Positions 21,755-34,588 of a stretch of 36,028 bases of DNA are shown here, piece by piece. The stretch is from NCBI GenBank assembly GCA_031835245.2, contig JAVKOQ020000064.1, positions 186,001-222,028 of the forward strand, in the 5' to 3' direction. Numbering within the stretch: position 1 is the first letter of the stretch; each line of letters begins with the position of its first letter. A program made the position numbers and the translations under genes. The notes under the pieces are model-generated. The model did not search any database, was not told where the DNA came from, and was given only the letters and a program-made list of their open reading frames with translations. Source of the stretch: Balamuthia mandrillaris. Lineage: Eukaryota.

Positions 21755-24700
21755 TTAAGAAAAGAGAGAAGCAGCGCTTCCTCCTCCTTTCTTTTTAGGC
21801 CCGGCCAACGGATCAGCAAACACATCAAATCCTCCTCCATCTTCATCGTCATCTCCAAACAAACTCTTTCTTCCTCCACCTCCTCCTCCTCCTCCACTTC
21901 CTCCTTTCTTGCCGTTTGCGGAAGAAGTAGAAGAAGAGCCAAAGACGATGGAAGAACCCCCACCCGATGAAAAGAGAGAGCCAGCATCCTCGTCCTCGTC
22001 ATCATCCCCAAAGAGAGAAGCTCTCTTTTGTTGTTGAGGTTTCGGAGAAGAAGATCGTTTGGCATTCGCGTTAGCGTTAGCGTTAGCATTGGCTTGGCGT
22101 TGTTGTAGTTGAGAGCGAATGGAGGCGGATTCTTCGTTCTTTTTGGCGTCTAATGCGTCGAAGATGGAACTTCCTCCTCTCGTCTTCTTGTCTTCTGTGT
22201 CTGGAATCATAAAAAGAATGAGAATGAGAAAGAGAAACGTGAACGACAAGAGCTAAAGAAGAAAAAGAAGTACCAGACGCAAAGGAAGAAGTGCTTGCCA
22301 CAATGGCGCTCTTGCTTCCTTTCTTAACGGCGCTGCCTCCGCGAGAGGGCAACCTTCTCTTCACGTTGGACATGGTCGGCCTCGACTTGGTTTGATGCAC
22401 AAGTGGTTTGGACGGCAACGAAGAAACAGAAGAAGAAGCAGAGCTCGTTTTGCTTCGCAACCTCTCACGTGGCGGTTGTTGCGATTGTTTGTCATCGCTC
22501 TCATCTTCCTCTTCGAAATCAGGGAGATCGAGTGGAAGTTTGGAGTTACTGCTTCCGCCTTCTTCTTCGTCATCATCCTCGATTTCGAGTTGACGTTTGG
22601 AGGGAGGTTTTGCTCCTGGAAGCATCGCCATGGGGTTCAAAGTACTTCCGATTTGTTTTTGAAGGCTTTGAATCTTGGAGCCACTCACGCTTATCTTTCT
22701 TGCTGTTGAAGTGGAGTCCTCCGTCGAAGTCGTTGTCTTCTTTGTGATGTTAGCATTGTTCGTTGGGGTGGAAGCAAACAAATCGTCATCTTCGTGTTTC
22801 TTTTTGTTGTTTGTCTCGGAACGTTTGTTATTCTTGAGGATGGGATCCACAAAAAGGTCATCACTTTCCGCCTTCGAAGAAGAAGTTGCCTGTCGAAGAG
22901 CAGAAGGAGATTTTGTCTTTGCTGATGTATCTTCTTGTTTGCTGTTCTTTGATGACGAAGAAGAGTCGGTGGAAGCAAAGAGATCTTCCTCTTTTGTAGA
23001 ACGAGCAGCAACAGTAGGAGAAGAAGCAGAGGAGACAGAAGGTGTTGCTTTCGTGGAAGTGGAAGCAGAATTAGAGCCAGAAGAAGGATCAGCAAACAAA
23101 TCTTCTTCCTCTACAGTTGCAGCTTTTTGTTTGTTGTTAGCAGTTGCGGCAGCTTTTCTTCGTGAAGTGGGCTGAATCTTTCTGGAAGACGGACGAACTT
23201 TGGTGGAAGAAGGAGCTTTAGTAGAGCCACCAGGCACATCCGCAAACAAGTCTTCTTCTTCTTGTTGCGATGCTTTTGCTGAGCTTCGTGTTTGAATTTC
23301 TCTTGTTGCTTTGCTGCTTTTCTCTGTCTCGGCACTTTCTCCAGCAAAGAGATCTTCTTCTTGTGCTTCCTTTCTTCTCGTTCTCTGTTTGGTCACTTGT
23401 TCTTTTTCTGGTTCTTCCTTTTGTTTGTTGCTATTATTGTTGTCAGCCGAAGAAGATGGAGAATCATCGCCCAACAATCCACCTAACGGATCTTCTTTTG
23501 GCGCAGCGGCATTTGCCTTTGGTGGTTGTTGTGCCTTTTGGGGTTGCGAAGCTGCTTTCTTCGTCTTCTGTTGACTACCACCAGCAACAATTCCAAACAA
23601 ATCGGAAGCTTGAGTTGCTGAGGGAAGAGCATCAGCAACATCACTGCCTTCTCCTCCGAAAAGACTCTTCTTCTGTCTTGTTGGAGTTCTAGAAGAGGAA
23701 GACGATGAAGAAATGGAACCACCGAAAAGACTGTCCCCGTCAGCATCACCATCGAATAAACCTCCACCGCCACTCCGCTTCTTTTGTTGTTTGTTGTCAG
23801 AGTCGAGCGAATTCTCTTCTGTAGTCGTGTCTTCTCCAAATAACCCTCCCGTAGAGAACAAAGACTTGCGCGCTTTGGCTTCTTCCTCTTTGGTCCGTCT
23901 TCGTTTCTCTTCTTCTTCTCGCTGTTGTTCTTCTTGCTCTCGTTTCGCCTTTTCTTCCTGTTCTTCCTTTAGTTTCGTTTGCCGTTCCTCTTCTTCGTTT
24001 CTCTTCTTTTCAGCGGCATTATCCCTTCTTGACTTGGAAGTTGGTTTGGTTGGATCCGCAAATAAGTCATTCGAAGAGACAACATCATTTTCATCCTCTT
24101 CACCAAAGTCGATTCCTTTGGGAGCTTTGTTGCTTCCTGCTCCGCTTTTGCCTCTTCCTCCTTTTCCAGCTGAAGCAGATGATCCCAAACCAGCGAAGAG
24201 ATCCTTACCGTCTCCTATTTCATCATCTCCTTCCCCAAAAAGACTTCCTCCACTTTCCCCTTCTAAATCGCCAAATAAACCTCCTGCACCACTCTTCTTA
24301 GTTCTCTCTGGTGGTGCTGTTCTCTCCTCGTTCTTCTTCCTCGAAGCATTTGCAGCAGGCGAAGAAGTGGAGGTAGCTTTCTTCTCCTCTTTCGCAGCAG
24401 CGGCTTGGCGTTGTGGTTGTGGTTGTGGCTGTTGTTTTGGTTCTGTTGGTTGGCTCGTCTTTCTTTTAGTAACAGCGGCAAAGAGTTCGCCTTCGTTTTC
24501 TCCTCCCAATCCGGCAAACATGTTTACGCCACCAAATGGCTTCTTCTTTTGTGGAACAGAAGCGGTTTCATCTCCTTCACCAATATTTGACTCCTCTCCA
24601 GCAGGCGCAAAGAGAGAGTCCGCTGAAGGAAGATCCTGAGGAACGTTCTGCCTTTGTCCTCTTCCTTTCCTTCTTTCCTCTCCTCTAGATTTGTTGGATC

Positions 24701-27700
24701 CCGTTCGTTGACGATTGCCGGAGCGCGATCGTCTTCTTCGTCGTTGATCCCGTTCTCCTTCGTCTCCTTCTTCACCTTCTTTTGCTGTAGCTGTTTTGGC
24801 CAAAGCTGGTGGAGGAGGTAATGCTGCTCCACTTTGTTCCTTTTCTTTTTTGTTCTCGGCAGTTAAAAAGTCGAAAAAGTCATCTTCTCCGCCTTCTTCA
24901 CCGGTTTCCGGAACAATGGATGGAAGAGCCGCAGCTAATGCTGCCGATGTTGATGTTGATGTTGATGCAGAAGAGTCGCGCGATTTTCTGTTTCTTCTTG
25001 GTTTGGCGTCTGGAGCAGCAAACAAAGAGGAGTCATCCACGTCGTCTTCATCAGCAGCTCCAGCTTGGCCGATGATGTCAAACAAGTCGTCTGTCTTCTT
25101 CTTCTCGGGTCCAACCGCAACCTCCGTTTGTTGTTCTTTCTTCTTGGAAGAGCGTTTCTCTCTTCTCTTCTCTCGACGTTCTCTTCGTTCTCGTCGCTCC
25201 TTTTCTTTCTTGGTTTCCTTGTTCGGCACTTCCTCCTTTGCGTTGCTCTTCTTTTTATTCTCTCGTTTATTTTCTTTTTCTCCTTCCTTTTCTTTCTCTT
25301 TCTCTTTTTCTTTCTCCCTCTCTTCCGTCTGTTGTTTTGTCGCTCTTCCTGCAGCACCAACTCCAAATCCAAGACCATCATCACCTCCAAACAAACCGCC
25401 ATCATCCAAGAAGCTTGGAGCGCTTGGATCGAAGAGAGAGGCGGTCTCGTCTTCATCCAAGAAGGAAGCGAAGATGTCATCCGGATCTTTGGCTTTCTTT
25501 GGCGGTACAGCTGCTTTTTCTTCGTCATCTTCAGCCTTTTTCTTTGGTTGACGTTTCTTTGATGTTGGGAGTTTTTGCTTCTTCTCAGGTTTCGCCTTTA
25601 CTGTTTCTTTTGCTGCTTTTCCTTCGTCTTCATCATCGCTGAACAAGTTCGAATAGCCTTTTTCGTCTTCTGGTTCTTTCTTCTCTTCATTCGATGATTC
25701 ATCGTCCAAAGAGGAATCTGACTCTGATCCGGTTTCAAACTCGCTGTCTTTCTCCTCTTTCTTCGTCTTCTTCTGTTGCTTCCCTTTCTTGACTGGAGCG
25801 GATGCTGATGTCGACGTCTCAGTCGTAGCTGGACCCGTTACTTTTGCGTCCTCCTCCGTGTCAGTGAAATCTTCATCTTCATCTTCCTCCTTCTCTTTCT
25901 CTTTCTCTTTCTTTCGTGGCAAATCATCAAAGTCGGAGATGTCTGAGAGGTCACTGTCATCATAGTCACTATAGTCGGAAGAGTACTCATCCAGATCACT
26001 GTAAATCTCTCCTGATGACAAGTCGTCCAACAGTTCATCATCCAAAGCATCCACATCAGAGAATTCCTGATCGGTAATTTCATCATCCGACACCACAAAC
26101 ATGCCACAGTAGTCATCTTCGTTGAACTCGCTCGTTCCTATGACATGGGGCAAAGGACGACGCGTGTACTTGTCCAAAATGACAGCTTGCGAAGCAGAGG
26201 CAGCAGCAACGGCAGCATCACTCGACTCTCCCGCTCCCTCTTCTCCTTCTGCTGTTGTTCCGATGAATGATGAAGCGGCTTGTTGCATGTTTTCTACGGA
26301 AAGAGCAGATAATTTGAGGGCTTGTAAACCGTTTGTGATGGCGTCTTGGTATTTTGGCTCCAGTATCCTTCCCACTTCCTCATGTGTCAACTCTTCGTCC
26401 TTTCTCTTTGTTGTTTCTTTTCCGACACTCTCTTCTGCTTCTGTTGCTTCTTTTCCTTCTTCTCCCTGTTTTCCTTCCTCGCCTTCCGCTGACAACAAAG
26501 TCTCATCCTCTTCGTACACTCTGTTCTCGATAAACTGAGAGTTTGCTAACATCAAGAAATGATTAAAGGTGTTATGCAGCTTCACGTTGGCAGCCGTCGT
26601 CTCATAAATGAGAGAGTCCACCTCATCCTCTACCGCCTTCGTTCTAGCCTGTAGTCGCTGTTCGAGGTTTTGGAGGTAAAGCAGGAAGCCAGAGTCGGAG
26701 GCCAGAGTAAACTTGTCGGATCGTCGCAACTCTTTCAGATTCCACATTCTCTCCCATGAACGTTCTTCTGGTGCTGCCGCTGCTTTGTTGATAGTTTCGT
26801 CTGTTGTTGCTGTTGATACGACTTGTTGTGGTTGCGGTTCGTCATCAGGAGTGAGAGAAGCGGAAGAAGAATGAGGAGGAGGAAGATGAGGAGGAAGAAG
26901 AGGTGCGTCGATGGTTCCAACAGAAGGTGCGTTCGTTGTTGTTGTTGCTGTTGTTGCGGTTGCTTCTTTGTCATCTCTTTCATCCTCGTCGTCATCTTCT
27001 CCTGCAGCACCCGGTTTATCCAATGAAGGAACAGGAGGAGCTCCAAATACGACAGACAGCCTCTTTGCCAGCTCTGCAATGTTCTTCGAGGCTCTCTTGT
27101 TGATGGCAGAAGGATCGACTTCGGGAGCCTTTGGCCTGTTATTTTTGGGAGCTGAAGGTGTTGGCGGTCCCTTCTTATCTCCTCCTTTTGCTTTCTTCTC
27201 CTTATCATCGTCGTCAAATTCACTGTCGTCATCCTCGCTGAAGTCTTCATCAGAAAACTCGTCCGAGAGATCGTCGTCATCGCCTGCTCTCTTTTTATTT
27301 TGCTCTCTTTTCTCCTCGCTAGCGTCGTCCTCGTCCTCCGAAGAAAGGTCAGAAGCTTTGCCCCGTTTCTTCGGCTCTTGAATGGTCACTCTCTTCTTTG
27401 CCTTGACTTGTACTGCTTCTTCGTCCGAAGAGAGATTGTCCTCATCAGAGCCCTCCTCCCCCTTCTTTTTGTTTGTGCTATGACCGTTGCCTTGCGCCAC
27501 GACGCGCGAGTTCGTGGCTGCCGGTTGCTGCCTCTTGTTGTTGTTCTTCAAGAACTTGGCGGCGGCGGCAGCGTCTTCGTCGTCCTCATCCGAGGCGGAG
27601 GAGGCGTAGTCGTCGTACTCGTCGTCGTCGCCTCCCGCTTTTTTGTTATTGTTGGCTTTCTTGTCGCCGTTCTCTTTCCCGCCGCCGTCCTCGCCCTCGT

Positions 27701-27851
27701 CGTCGGAAGAGAGAAACAGGGAGGACGTCTTTTTATCTGCAGTTTTGGAGGAGGAGGAGGCCTTTTTCTTCGTGTCCGCAGCGGCGGTTGTTTTTTTGGG
27801 GTTCAACCAGTCCTCGTCGTCGTCCTCCAACCAAGCCAACGGATTGCTCAT
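21755..27851 (-). CDS. WASHC2: WASH complex subunit FAM21
   Basis: Exons 27851-22274 and 22200-21755. The head domain reads WERMWNLKELRR..TLASDSGFLLYLQ...KLHNTFNHFLMLANSQFIENRVYEE and RPLPHVIG. Many LF+acidic (LFa) repeats follow, then the capping-protein-interaction motif LVHQTKSRPTMSNVKRRLPSR (~22403-22341) and a terminal FADPL. Confidence 0.9.
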
Positions 27852-28556
27852 TCTTCCCCTCTCGTGTCTCTTTCTATCTTGTTTCTGCACAAAACGAAAA
27901 TCTATCAATATCAATAATAAAGAGAGAGAAAGGGGAATGAATGAATAAAAGGGAAAAAATGTATAAATAATAGAACAAAAAGAAACAAACGTTTAATCCA
28001 AAAAAAAAAAAGAGAAGAAGAAAAAGAAGAGATCAACATTGAGGAAAAAAAAAAAATGAACCGGCGAAAAAAATCTTTTTTAATGTCAACCAAAAACATC
28101 ATCATAAAAAAAAGCGAAGAGAGGGGGGAAAAAAACCTTTTTTTTTTTTTGGGAGGGCCCTGTCCTCCCTAGCAAGATCTGGAGAGAGAGAGAGAGAGAG
28201 AGAAAAAAAAAGAGGGTATGAAGAACAAACGGCTTCTTCCCTCTCGCTCTCCTCTCTTCTCTTTTCTTTGTGGCTTTTTTTTTTCTTTGCATTAAAATAA
28301 CTTTTCTTTTTGCTTTTCGAAGCGAACGCTCCTCAGGCAGATGTTCGATTGAGACTCGCTGCGGCACATTTACCCAAAAACAAATGTCCAACCAGCCAAT
28401 CGCGGCGTGTTTTGCCCTGAGAAGTAGAACGGCGAATGTTGGACGTAATTCGCTCTGGTTCTTGGAGCATTATGTCGACAATAAATACCCAGATGTCTAC
28501 AAGAAAGAAAAAAAGTAGTCCGTGGCCATTTTTTTCTTTTTTCTTTATGCTTTGCT

Positions 28557-28798
28557 ATTTGACTGAAAAGAAATGGCGAGGGAAAAAAGGGCAGCAAAAA
28601 AGTCCCTCCGCTTCCCCGCTACTTTCAGCAGGGGAAAATTAGCGTCGACAAGGACCACTGTCAAACCCTACCATTGCGCGGGAGTCATTTGACGGAAGAG
28701 AAATGGCAAGGGATAAAACCGCAGCGAAAAAAGTCTCTGCCCTTCCCTGCTACTTTGAGCGGGGAAATTTATTGTCGACAAGGACCCACTTTCCAACC
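28557..28798. repeat. Imperfect tandem duplication with a 130-bp period in the FAM21 / GATA-LRR divergent promoter
   Basis: 28557-28668 aligns with 28687-28798 (ATTTGAC.GAA.AGAAATGGC.AGGGA...GCTACTTT.AGC.GGG.AAATT...GTCGACAAGGACC). Confidence 0.85.
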
Positions 28799-29003
28799 AA
28801 GCCGCTGCGCGTTGTTCCCTCCTTCTGTTTGTTGGTTTCTGGGGTGCAGACCAACTGCAGCATTTGTGCAGCGTTGCATGTTTTCCACCACCAAATACCC
28901 CTCAGGCAAGCTGGTTTTTTTTTTGTAAAATTTTTCCACGAATTTTTTGTTGGCAAAAAAGACGGTTAGAGGTCAGAAAAGAAAAAGAAAGAAGAAAAAT
29001 AAT

Positions 29004-32000
29004 ATGGGGGACAAGGAGAAGAGAGGCGGGACTTCCTTCGTGCTCTCTCGTGGCAGTGCTGGCGACGAAACCGTGCTTCCCTCTTCTTCCTCTGCTCTCC
29101 TGCCTGGTGGTGGTCCTCCTGCGCTGGCAAAAGCCTCCGCCACCGCTTCCGCCTCTGAGGCTGAGCAGCAGCAGCAAGCCACATCAAAGCGTAGCGTTGG
29201 GGGGAATGTGAGCCACAAGGTGAGCGCCACGGGCAGGGTGCTAAACTTTTTCAGCCACTTTCTCAACAGCAAGGACAAGCCACACAGCGGGAGTAGGGAG
29301 GAGGCCACAGGGAAGGAGGAAGAGGGGGTGCCCACCGCTACCGCGACCACTACTTATTTTCAACAATGGAAAGAGAGAAAGGGGAGAAAACGAACGAGAC
29401 CCATGATGATGATGGATGGAGAACAAGCAGAAGGAGAAGGAGCAGGAGAAGCAGAAGGAGGAGGAGGAGGAGGAGGAGGAGGAGAGGAGGAGGAGGAGGA
29501 GGAGGAGGAGGAGGGAGGAGGAGGAGGAGGAGGAGGAGGAGGAGGAGGAGGAGGAGGAGGAGGAGGAGGAGGAGGAGGAGGAGGAGGAGGAGGAGGAGGA
29601 GGAAAGCGAGAAGTAGCAGAAGCACGAGAACGAGGAGAAGGGTCGAAAAAGACGACGACAGGGGGAGGAGGAGAACCGGCAAAGATGTTGAGAGAGCTGC
29701 AGGAGGAGGAGGAGGAGGAGCGAGCTGCTGCTGCTGATGGAACGCCCACGAAGAGAAGCCGAATAGGAGAAGAAAACGTTGCGGCCGCCAACACAAGGGA
29801 AGTAGGAGAGGGAGCAGAACGAGAGCCAATACAAAAACAAAAGCAAGAGCGGAGAAAGGAGGAGCAAGAGGAGGACGAAGACGAAAGTGACGACGACGAA
29901 AAGACGGAAGAAATGGATGAGTTTTCCTTGTTTTCAGAGCTCACTCTACTTCGACAAGGGCAAACAGCAGAGGGAGGACGTTACCAACAAAAATATTTGA
30001 GCATGGATGAGGAGCTGGCGAAGCTGCTCGCCGGGGAGGAGGAGGCTGAGATCCAACGGCTGGCGGAGCAGGAGAGACTGGACGCGGAGTTTGCTAAACA
30101 ACTGGCTGCCGCTGCTGCAGCCGATGAAGCAGAGATAGAGGGAGGATCGGGAGGAGAAGAAACCAGGAAGAACCCTTCGGAGGAAGGAGCAGAGGAACAA
30201 CAACGAAGAGGGAGAGGAACACAGATGACGTTGCGGCGGCAACAACCACAAAGACAACGCATTTGTGAGGTGGAGGAAGAACAAGAACAAAAAGTGTGCG
30301 CTCGTTGCTCTGAAAATCCGGACGGATGGCCGGCCTCTTCCGCACAATGGAAAAAAGGTCCCACTGGACCGAGAACGTTGTGTAACCATTGTGCTCTCTC
30401 CTATCGGACTGCGACAGGGAACGAGAAGCAGGAATGGATGGATTGGGCGTTCGCCAAGAAGGTGGAGAATGCAAACGAAGAAGAGGCAGAAGAAGATGGA
30501 AGCGATTTTGAGTCGAATTATAGTGATACGGATGTGGAGGAAGAAGGTTGGGGCGAAGCTTTGCAGGGGATCACGGCTGCCGCTACTCATCAACGCAAAG
30601 AAGGAGATATAAAAGGAAAGGGAAAGGAGGAGGCAAGCGGAAGTTCTCTTCTTAGTCCGGGAAAAAAGCGGACCGCATCCAAGAAGAATTCAGCCAATAA
30701 TGATGGAGCGAAAAAGAAAGCCGTGAGCGTGTTGCAACAACCAAGTGCACCTGCTTTCATGGCGGCGGCGGGGTCTGTGATAGATTTGACAGAGGAGGAA
30801 TGCTCCAATGAAGACTTTGCTGAGTATGAAGCTGATGATATCAGTCAAAGGTTTTGGGAGGCAGTTGAACATGTCGATCCCTTGCTTGTAAAGACACACG
30901 CTCTCTTTTCTGGTGGAAGAAATTCTCCAACAGAACAAACGCGAAGTGGAAATAACATAGCCAAAGAAATTGAGGACAGTATTTTTAATTCTACCGTTTT
31001 CCCGGAACGACGACAACAACGACAAAGAAGAAGAAGATTCGGTCTAAGCGATGATGAAGACGATGATGACTATCGTGAGGAGAATGATGATCAACAAGAA
31101 GGAAGAAGGTCAACAACAACGTTGACAGAACTTGACTTGAGCGGAGATGCTACGGTGGAGTCGTTGCAGGGTATGCGCTTGCCGTGCCGTCTGGAGAGTC
31201 TCAACCTTTCTCGCTGCTGTAACTTGACACAGTCGGGGTTGGCCTACCTGCCGGCTGGCTTGCAAAAGTTGTCGCTGGCTTATTGTGCTATTACGGATAT
31301 GGCGTTGTTGCACCTCCCACATGTTCTTCGGTCATTGGGTAACTGTTCTTCCTGTTCTTCCTGTTCTTCCTTCTCCATTCAGTCATCCCTTCGTCTTCTT
31401 GCTTCGGCTTTTCTGTCTTCTCGTTATTTCTTTGCTCAAAACAACAATTCAACACAAAAAAGATCTAAGTGGATGCACAGAGATAAGCAACATGGGTCTT
31501 CAACAGCTGCCTCGCACCCTCCAACATCTCGACCTAAGCCACTGTCCCCAAATCGACCAAACGGGATTGCGCCTGCTGCCTCCCTGTCTGACTTCTTTGG
31601 TGCTGGATCACAACGCGGCCCTCACTGACGCTCATCTCTCTTTTCTCTCTCCCGTGTTGCTGCCCCGTTTGACTCGCTTGAGCCTTATCGCCTGTCCGCA
31701 ACTCACCAACGATGCGCTTTCTCATCTTTGTTGTTTCTTCTTCAACAACAACAATTTGCAGCTGATGAGCATCAATTTAGTTGGAAACGAGAGGATTGAT
31801 AATGAAGGCCTGTCCAACTTTTTGAATGCACTTAAACTCAAAGCCGGAAACGAGAGCAACAACAACAAGTTCAACATGCAACTTGAAACGAGGCCATCCA
31901 ATTCTTCTTCTTCTTCTTCTTCTTCTTCTTCTTCTTCTTCTTCTTCTTCTTCTTCTTCTTCTTCTTCTTCTTCTTCTTCTTCTTCTGCATCTTCTTCCTC

Positions 32001-32178
32001 TTCTTCATCTTCTAATGATGACAACAAAGCGGCCGATATCAGTAATCGGTCGTTATCAATGACACCGTCGCCGCAACAACACGAATTGGATTTGAGGAGT
32101 TGTGGCGTGAAAGCGAGAGAGACCACCAACCAAGTTGTGGAGGAGCTTTGGCGCTTTGGCATTTCTGTTTTGTTGTAA
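29004..32178 (+). CDS. Protein with an atypical GATA-type zinc finger and C-terminal cysteine-containing (FBXL/AMN1-type) LRRs
   Basis: Exons 29004-31338 and 31463-32178, joined by a phase-1 GT-AG intron giving LRSLDLSGC. The finger CARC-x24-CNHC containing WKKGPTGPRTL is at 30297-30392. LRRs include LESLNLSRCCNLT, LQKLSLAYCAITD, LQHLDLSHCPQID and LTRLSLIACPQLTND. Confidence 0.8.
29457..29602 (+). repeat. (GGA)n coding microsatellite (poly-Gly / poly-Glu / poly-Gly)
   Basis: Long GGA run with two phase slips; the reading frame stays open. Confidence 0.9.
31903..31986 (+). repeat. (TCT)n coding microsatellite (poly-Ser)
   Basis: Perfect TCT run in the last exon of the GATA-LRR gene. Confidence 0.9.
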
Positions 32179-32383
32179 GAGGAAGGAGAAAAAGAAGAAA
32201 AAGAAAAAGAAGGTTCGTTCTTTGTCTCTCATAATTTTTGTTTCTTGCTAAAACTTATAATTGTTATCTTTTAGTACAATTTTTTTTGAAAATTTTTTTT
32301 TTACATAGGGATAAACAGGAAACAAACCAAAAATGTCTTTGAAAGATTTTCTCTCTTCTCTCAGCGGATGTGCTGAGCCTCCA

Positions 32384-34588
32384 TTACTTTTCATGTCTGT
32401 CTGAGGGATAGTGGTGTTGATACATTTGTCGGAACTCGTCTTCTTCTTCTTCTAGTCCTTCTTGTTCATCTTCATCAGTTTCTTCTGCTTCGTCGTCGTC
32501 GTCATCTTCTTCGCTATATTCCTCCTTTTCATCTTCCTCCCACATCATCATCTCTTCTTCGCTCCCTTCGCTGCGTGATGATGGAAGCGGAGAAGCGGAG
32601 GCAGAAGGCCGACACAGAATGTTCTCTAAGCTCGCCATATTGCCGTTATGCTGCGAAGAAGAAGAAGAAGAAGATAATGATGAAAGTGGAAACGAAGAAC
32701 CAGTTGATGATGAAGAAGAGGAGGAGGAGGAAGTGGGCAACGACGAAGAAAGAAACGAAGACGAAGGACTTCCTTCCGTTCTTTTGCTGACTTCATTGCT
32801 GGAATTACTGGAATTGTTGCCATTGCTTGCATTGTTGAAATTTCTGGAATTACTGGAATAGTTGGCATTGTTTACATTGCTGGAAGGGCTGGAATGATTG
32901 GAATGGTCTTTGAGCGTCTTGGCGTAACGGAGGCCGCAAGCGTTACAGAGCTTGGCCTTGCCGGTGGGTCCTCTCCGCCACTCTGGCGTTTTGGACGTGC
33001 CGCACGAGGCACACTTCTTGTTGGTTACTGGCTTCTGCTTCCAAAACACATAGACGAAAGAGCAACCGTTAGCAAAAAAACAACAACATAGAAAAAAAAA
33101 AACAAACAGAAGCAACGAACAGGTTTTGTTTTCCAAACGAAGACTTGAGGACCCGTTGCCGGGACCGTTTCGTGTGTACTGGCAGGGGTGACTTTAGTTT
33201 CATGTTGCTGTTTTTTGTGGCTCTTTGGACTCAGATGTGCGTCCATATGAAAGGAAAGCAGGCTCGACCGGGGAAGCAGGCCGTTGATGAAAGGTGCGGA
33301 GGTGGAAAGCGGCTGGCTGAGGTGCGGATCGTTGGGCATGTTTGAACAAGAGGAACGTCGATGAGTGTATTGCGGTGAATGTGATCTGGAGGTTCGAGGT
33401 AAGGAAGAGTGGGAAGGATGGTTACTGCTGTTTTGGCTGATGTCCGTGATGTTACTACTATGGCTAACAACCGCTGTGACGGATTGACTTCCGTACGTAT
33501 AACTGCTTGCACGGGGCTTGATGGGTGTTGTGGTCTCTTGTTCATGATTTGAATGATTAGGCGAAGGATGATGCCGATGTCGAGGATAATGTGGGGAAAG
33601 AAACGGAGAGGCAGATGGAGATGGTATGTCTTCAGCAGACAGACTGTAGTTCTGAGAGAGAGAGTTTGCAGAAGAAACATCAGGAGAGGCGTCTCCTGAT
33701 TCTAGTTGTTCTTGTTGATCCAGCAAGGACATAACGGCACTGCATCTCTGGCTCAAACACGGATCCGAGAACGCTCCTCTCCGGTTACGAGTATCTATGG
33801 AGGGGAAGGAGGTGGAAGAGGAGGAAGCAGAAGACGGCGTGCTGTTGCTGGATGCTGAAGACGAGGAGGAAGATGAAGAAGAGGGTAAATACATTTGAGG
33901 AGTATGAGAGGAATGTTTCAAGAGGTAAAAGTGGTGAAGCATGGTGTTGATGAGGTCGTTCATCTCTCGCTCACCCGGACAGTTGGGAGTTAGCCGAACG
34001 CTTCCAGCTTCTCCGGAAACAGAAAGGTTGTATATCAGCTCACTAACTTCGCGAATCTGAACAGGAGACAGGAAGAACCGTAAAACAAGAATGGATTAGC
34101 GTTCAAAATAAAAATGAATGGGACTGGCTCATAGCCCAAACCTTTGTCCAGTGAAGTTTGTGGCGAAGGGCAGAGTCCTCCTGAGCTTCGGCAAAGTATT
34201 GCAACGAAGGTAAAGGACCGGCTTCTTCTGCCGGAGGGTCTGATGTGTGATAAAAATGTGCAGGGTAGGACACATGAGGCATGTTAGTGGATGGCGGAGC
34301 TGAGGAGGAGGAGGAGGAGGAGGAAGAAGAAGAAGAAGAAGATGAACGGCGGGAGGAAGTTAAACGTGGCATGGCTTGAAGGGCTGGGGTATGTGAAATC
34401 CCCCTCACTCCATTATTATTATTTATTATATCGCCCGGAGATGAAAGCACCGTAGGAGAAGAAAAGGAAGACAAGGAAGGAGAGGAGTTATGATGTTGTG
34501 GTTGGTGTCCTCCCGCAGATCCAAAAAGAGAACCTGAAGGGGAGTAAAGCGCGCGTTGAAAGTCGGCCAGACTTTTGTTGTGGCTCAT
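32384..34588 (-). CDS. GATA zinc-finger transcription factor
   Basis: Exons 34588-34142, 34056-33121 and 33034-32384. Canonical finger CASC-x18-CNACGLRYAK containing TPEWRRGPTG, with Ser-rich and acidic low-complexity regions. Confidence 0.85.

Noticed and set aside
1..27851. CARMIL-like and FAM21 genes (both capping-protein regulator families) in one window as a functional cluster
   Set aside because: They are about 19 kb apart with unrelated genes between them; there is no evidence beyond coincidence.
22083..27914. 1943-aa single-exon ORF as listed in the track
   Set aside because: The ends are mis-called: the first ATG is at 27851, and an intron at 22273-22201 leads to a final exon ending at 21755.
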